Below are positions 44,468 to 46,704 of a DNA stretch of 46,704 nt, piece after piece. Where the stretch lies: positions 1-46,704 of the forward strand of contig JAFAIO010000109.1 in assembly GCA_019236675.1 (NCBI GenBank). Reading direction: 5' to 3'. The stretch's first letter is position 1; the number at the start of each line of letters is the position of its first letter. A program made the translations under genes and the position numbers. The notes beneath the pieces were generated by a model. It did no database searches. It was not told where the DNA came from and was given only the letters and a program-made list of their open reading frames with translations. This stretch comes from Verrucomicrobiota bacterium (GTDB lineage: Bacteria; Verrucomicrobiota; Verrucomicrobiia; Chthoniobacterales; JAFAMB01).

Positions 44468-45216
44468 TCGCCACGCGAACCGCGCCTTCTTTTTCCTGGA
44501 ATAAAGTTTTCCCTTTTCCGGTGTTGAGGGGTTTGAGGCAGGTCACTTGCATGAAGGCCAAAATGTTGAACCAGTTCGTCTTTTAAAGCGATCAGCGACC
44601 GTTTCACTTCTTCGACGACAATGGCTTGAGCTTGTTCTCGCGGAAGGTCGGTCCGAGGTTTAATCGGTTCTCCAAACCCCATCCATACAGGCACGCGGCG
44701 GAACGGAAGCCAATTCTTAGGCCGATAGAGACGGTCGGTACCAACGATTACACACGGAACGACGGGTTTATCCGAGAGGATACTGAGGCCGGCGAACCCA
44801 ACCCAACTCGGTGCGCCCTCTAGAATCGATCCCGTTCCGGCTCGAATGCCACCCTCGGGGAAAATACCTACGACTCGGCCGATCTTCAGGCGTCCCAGTG
44901 CGGCCCGTAAGGACGCGAAATCGCCTGCGGCCCGTTTTACCGGAAAAGTGCACAGCGAGCGCATGAGCCACGCGCTCCAGCGATTACTATACAGCTCCTC
45001 CATCGCCATCCAGTCTATGTATCGCGGAAACCAGCTTCCAAGCATCGGCGGATCGAAATGGCTGATGTGATTTGCCACAACGATGAACGCTCCGCTGGGA
45101 TACCGTTGAGTCTTTCGGAATCGATGCACGCGACACGACCAAGAAAAGATCAGGCGCACCAGATACCGGGAAAAATAACTGAAGGCGCGGCTCCCGGATT
45201 CTTTCTTGATTGGCAT
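44461..45216 (-). CDS. plsC: 1-acyl-sn-glycerol-3-phosphate acyltransferase (PlsC family)
   Basis: 251 aa. It has the HxxxxD motif (NHISHFDP), FPVKR and IFPEGG blocks. Confidence 0.85.
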   Translation of the reverse strand: MPIKKESGSRAFSYFSRYLVRLIFSWSCRVHRFRKTQRYPSGAFIVVANHISHFDPPMLGSWFPRYIDWMAMEELYSNRWSAWLMRSLCTFPVKRAAGDFASLRAALGRLKIGRVVGIFPEGGIRAGTGSILEGAPSWVGFAGLSILSDKPVVPCVIVGTDRLYRPKNWLPFRRVPVWMGFGEPIKPRTDLPREQAQAIVVEEVKRSLIALKDELVQHFGLHASDLPQTPQHRKRENFIPGKRRRGSRGEA

Positions 45217-45395
45217 TTAACTGGACGCATTTAGCCAACTCCTTGGTCTTGCGCCTAGGCATTTTAAGATCGATAGCTGGAATATTTCGATCATCGAGAT
45301 GCTCATCTCCGACAATCAGATCGAGTCTGGTAGGCGTGATGGAATAACGGTCGGCGTGGTCTGGTACAGTGGATGGAATAGCAAGGAATGTCACC

Positions 45396-46704
45396 ATGTT
45401 AAACGCAGTAGCGATGCCTGCAATTATCCGGTCCGGGGTGCTCGGGATGTTTGCGGGAGCAGTTGCTAGTGTTCCGTTGGTGTTGTGCTCTCGTCATGTG
45501 ACTTCAAGCATCGTAATGGGCACGGTGGTCGGTATTGCCTATTCGATCGGTACCCGTCGCACACCGCACGCCTACGGAGATAATTTAATGGCTGCTGGTG
45601 CGCTCGGAGTGCCTTTATGGGGACTCATCAGCGTGATCGCGTATCCGGCGTTGTCCGGCCAACGTCTCGACTGGAGCCCGGAAGGAGTGCTGGCCCATTT
45701 TCCTGCATTGGTCGGATGGATACTTTACGGTGCCTTGCTGGGTTTATTAATCCAAGCAGCATGCGACCTCACGGAACTTATCTTTGGTCCCGTGCCGAGG
45801 GAGGTTGCACCGGTTTCCACACGACGGCAGCGGATCGTAGTCTTGGGAGGCGGATTCGCCGGGATGAAGACGGCCGAGTGCTTGGAGCAAGAACTGCGCA
45901 CAGATGCATCCGCGTCGATCACACTGATCAGTGAGACCAACGCGCTGTTGTTTACACCGATGCTCGCGGAAGTGGCTGGGAGCACCCTGGAACCTAGCCA
46001 CATCAGCACGCCGTTGCGCAGCAGTCTCCATCGCACGGAATTTATCCGGGGACGGGTTGCAACAATTGATTTGGAGAACCGCAAAGTGGTTCTCGCCTCC
46101 GATGGGTCAGCCGATCCATTGGTGGTTCCATACGATCAGCTGGTACTGGCCCTTGGTTCGGTGTCGAATTATCTCGGAATGGATAATGTGGAGAAGCTGG
46201 CGTTCGACTTCAAAAGCCTGGTCGATGCCATACGCATTCGTAATCGTGTTATTGAGATGTTCGAGCGCGCCGACCGCGAACCAAATGCGGCTGAGCGCGC
46301 GGCGCTCCTCGGTTTTGTGATCGCGGGCGGCGGATTTGCTGGAGTCGAGCTAGCTGGTGCGCTTAACGATTTCGCGCGCGGTATTCTGGCGGACTATCCA
46401 AACCTCAGTCCGAACGAGCTAAGCATTGTTCTGGTTCACTCCCGGGACCGAATTTTGCCTGAACTAAGTGAATCCCTGGCTCGGTATGCTCAAGAAAAGA
46501 TGGAAGGGCGTGGCGTTAAGTTCCGATTAAAGAACCGGCTGCAAGATGTGCGTCCCGGTGTTGTGGTAGCCAGCGATGGAGAGATTTCCGCTCACACACT
46601 GGTTTGGACGGCCGGGACTGCCCCTTGTCCTCTGCTGAAATCTCAACCCTTCGAATGCGATAAGCGGGGCGCAGTAAAGGTCGACTTCACACTGGCCGTG
46701 CCCG
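45396..46704 (+). CDS. ndh: type II NADH dehydrogenase (NDH-2) with N-terminal about 140-aa membrane extension; 3' end outside window
   Basis: This frame is not in the ORF track because it is open to the window edge. My translation from ATG 45396 has no stop. It has four hydrophobic helices, then RIVVLGGGFAGMKTA (first GxGxxG), LISETNALLFTPML and VIAGGGFAGVELAG (second GxGxxG). Confidence 0.85.
   Translation, partial: MLNAVAMPAIIRSGVLGMFAGAVASVPLVLCSRHVTSSIVMGTVVGIAYSIGTRRTPHAYGDNLMAAGALGVPLWGLISVIAYPALSGQRLDWSPEGVLAHFPALVGWILYGALLGLLIQAACDLTELIFGPVPREVAPVSTRRQRIVVLGGGFAGMKTAECLEQELRTDASASITLISETNALLFTPMLAEVAGSTLEPSHISTPLRSSLHRTEFIRGRVATIDLENRKVVLASDGSADPLVVPYDQLVLALGSVSNYLGMDNVEKLAFDFKSLVDAIRIRNRVIEMFERADREPNAAERAALLGFVIAGGGFAGVELAGALNDFARGILADYPNLSPNELSIVLVHSRDRILPELSESLARYAQEKMEGRGVKFRLKNRLQDVRPGVVVASDGEISAHTLVWTAGTAPCPLLKSQPFECDKRGAVKVDFTLAVP

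Overview
46.7-kb chromosomal window, about 52-54% GC. The gene content looks like a Verrucomicrobiota or Planctomycetota-type soil bacterium, but that taxon guess is inference only. Most of the window is housekeeping. It holds a minus-strand nusA-infB-rbfA-DHH phosphoesterase-truB-ribF operon, rpoN, aroC, gatB, amt-glnK, a GuaB3-type IMPDH paralog, a CbiX chelatase and a LysR regulator. It also holds peptidoglycan-remodelling enzymes (S11 DD-carboxypeptidase, YkuD-type L,D-transpeptidase, M23 peptidase) and a 5'-partial NDH-2 at the right edge. I support two bona fide tRNAs by hand folding: tRNA-Val(UAC) and tRNA-Lys(UUU). Four things stand out. (1) Downstream of tRNA-Lys is a 333-bp-period array. 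Two intact 84-aa GIY-YIG nuclease ORFs are interleaved with three tRNA-Lys-derived tRNA-like sequences. In these the anticodon arm is replaced by a palindromic hairpin. (2) An MglA Ras-like GTPase and a long MglB/roadblock-domain protein sit directly upstream of an ExbB-ExbD-TonB-like motor module. (3) Most of the longer intergenic spacers I examined carry a long imperfect hairpin or TIR element. In most of them the arms are built from tandem 7-9-nt repeats, and the unit differs between loci. Some elements are nested with other dispersed repeat families, and one encloses a complete small secreted-peptide gene. (4) An 1113-aa M1 aminopeptidase homolog has lost the HEXXH and GAMEN motifs. The 41.1-44.5 kb stretch behind tRNA-Lys looks accessory. 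It contains a repeat protein, a small Gly/Tyr/Trp peptide, the GIY-YIG array and a frameshifted toxin-antitoxin-like pair. No CRISPR array, rRNA, integrase or transposase gene was seen. All functional calls come from motif recognition by eye; no database search was possible.
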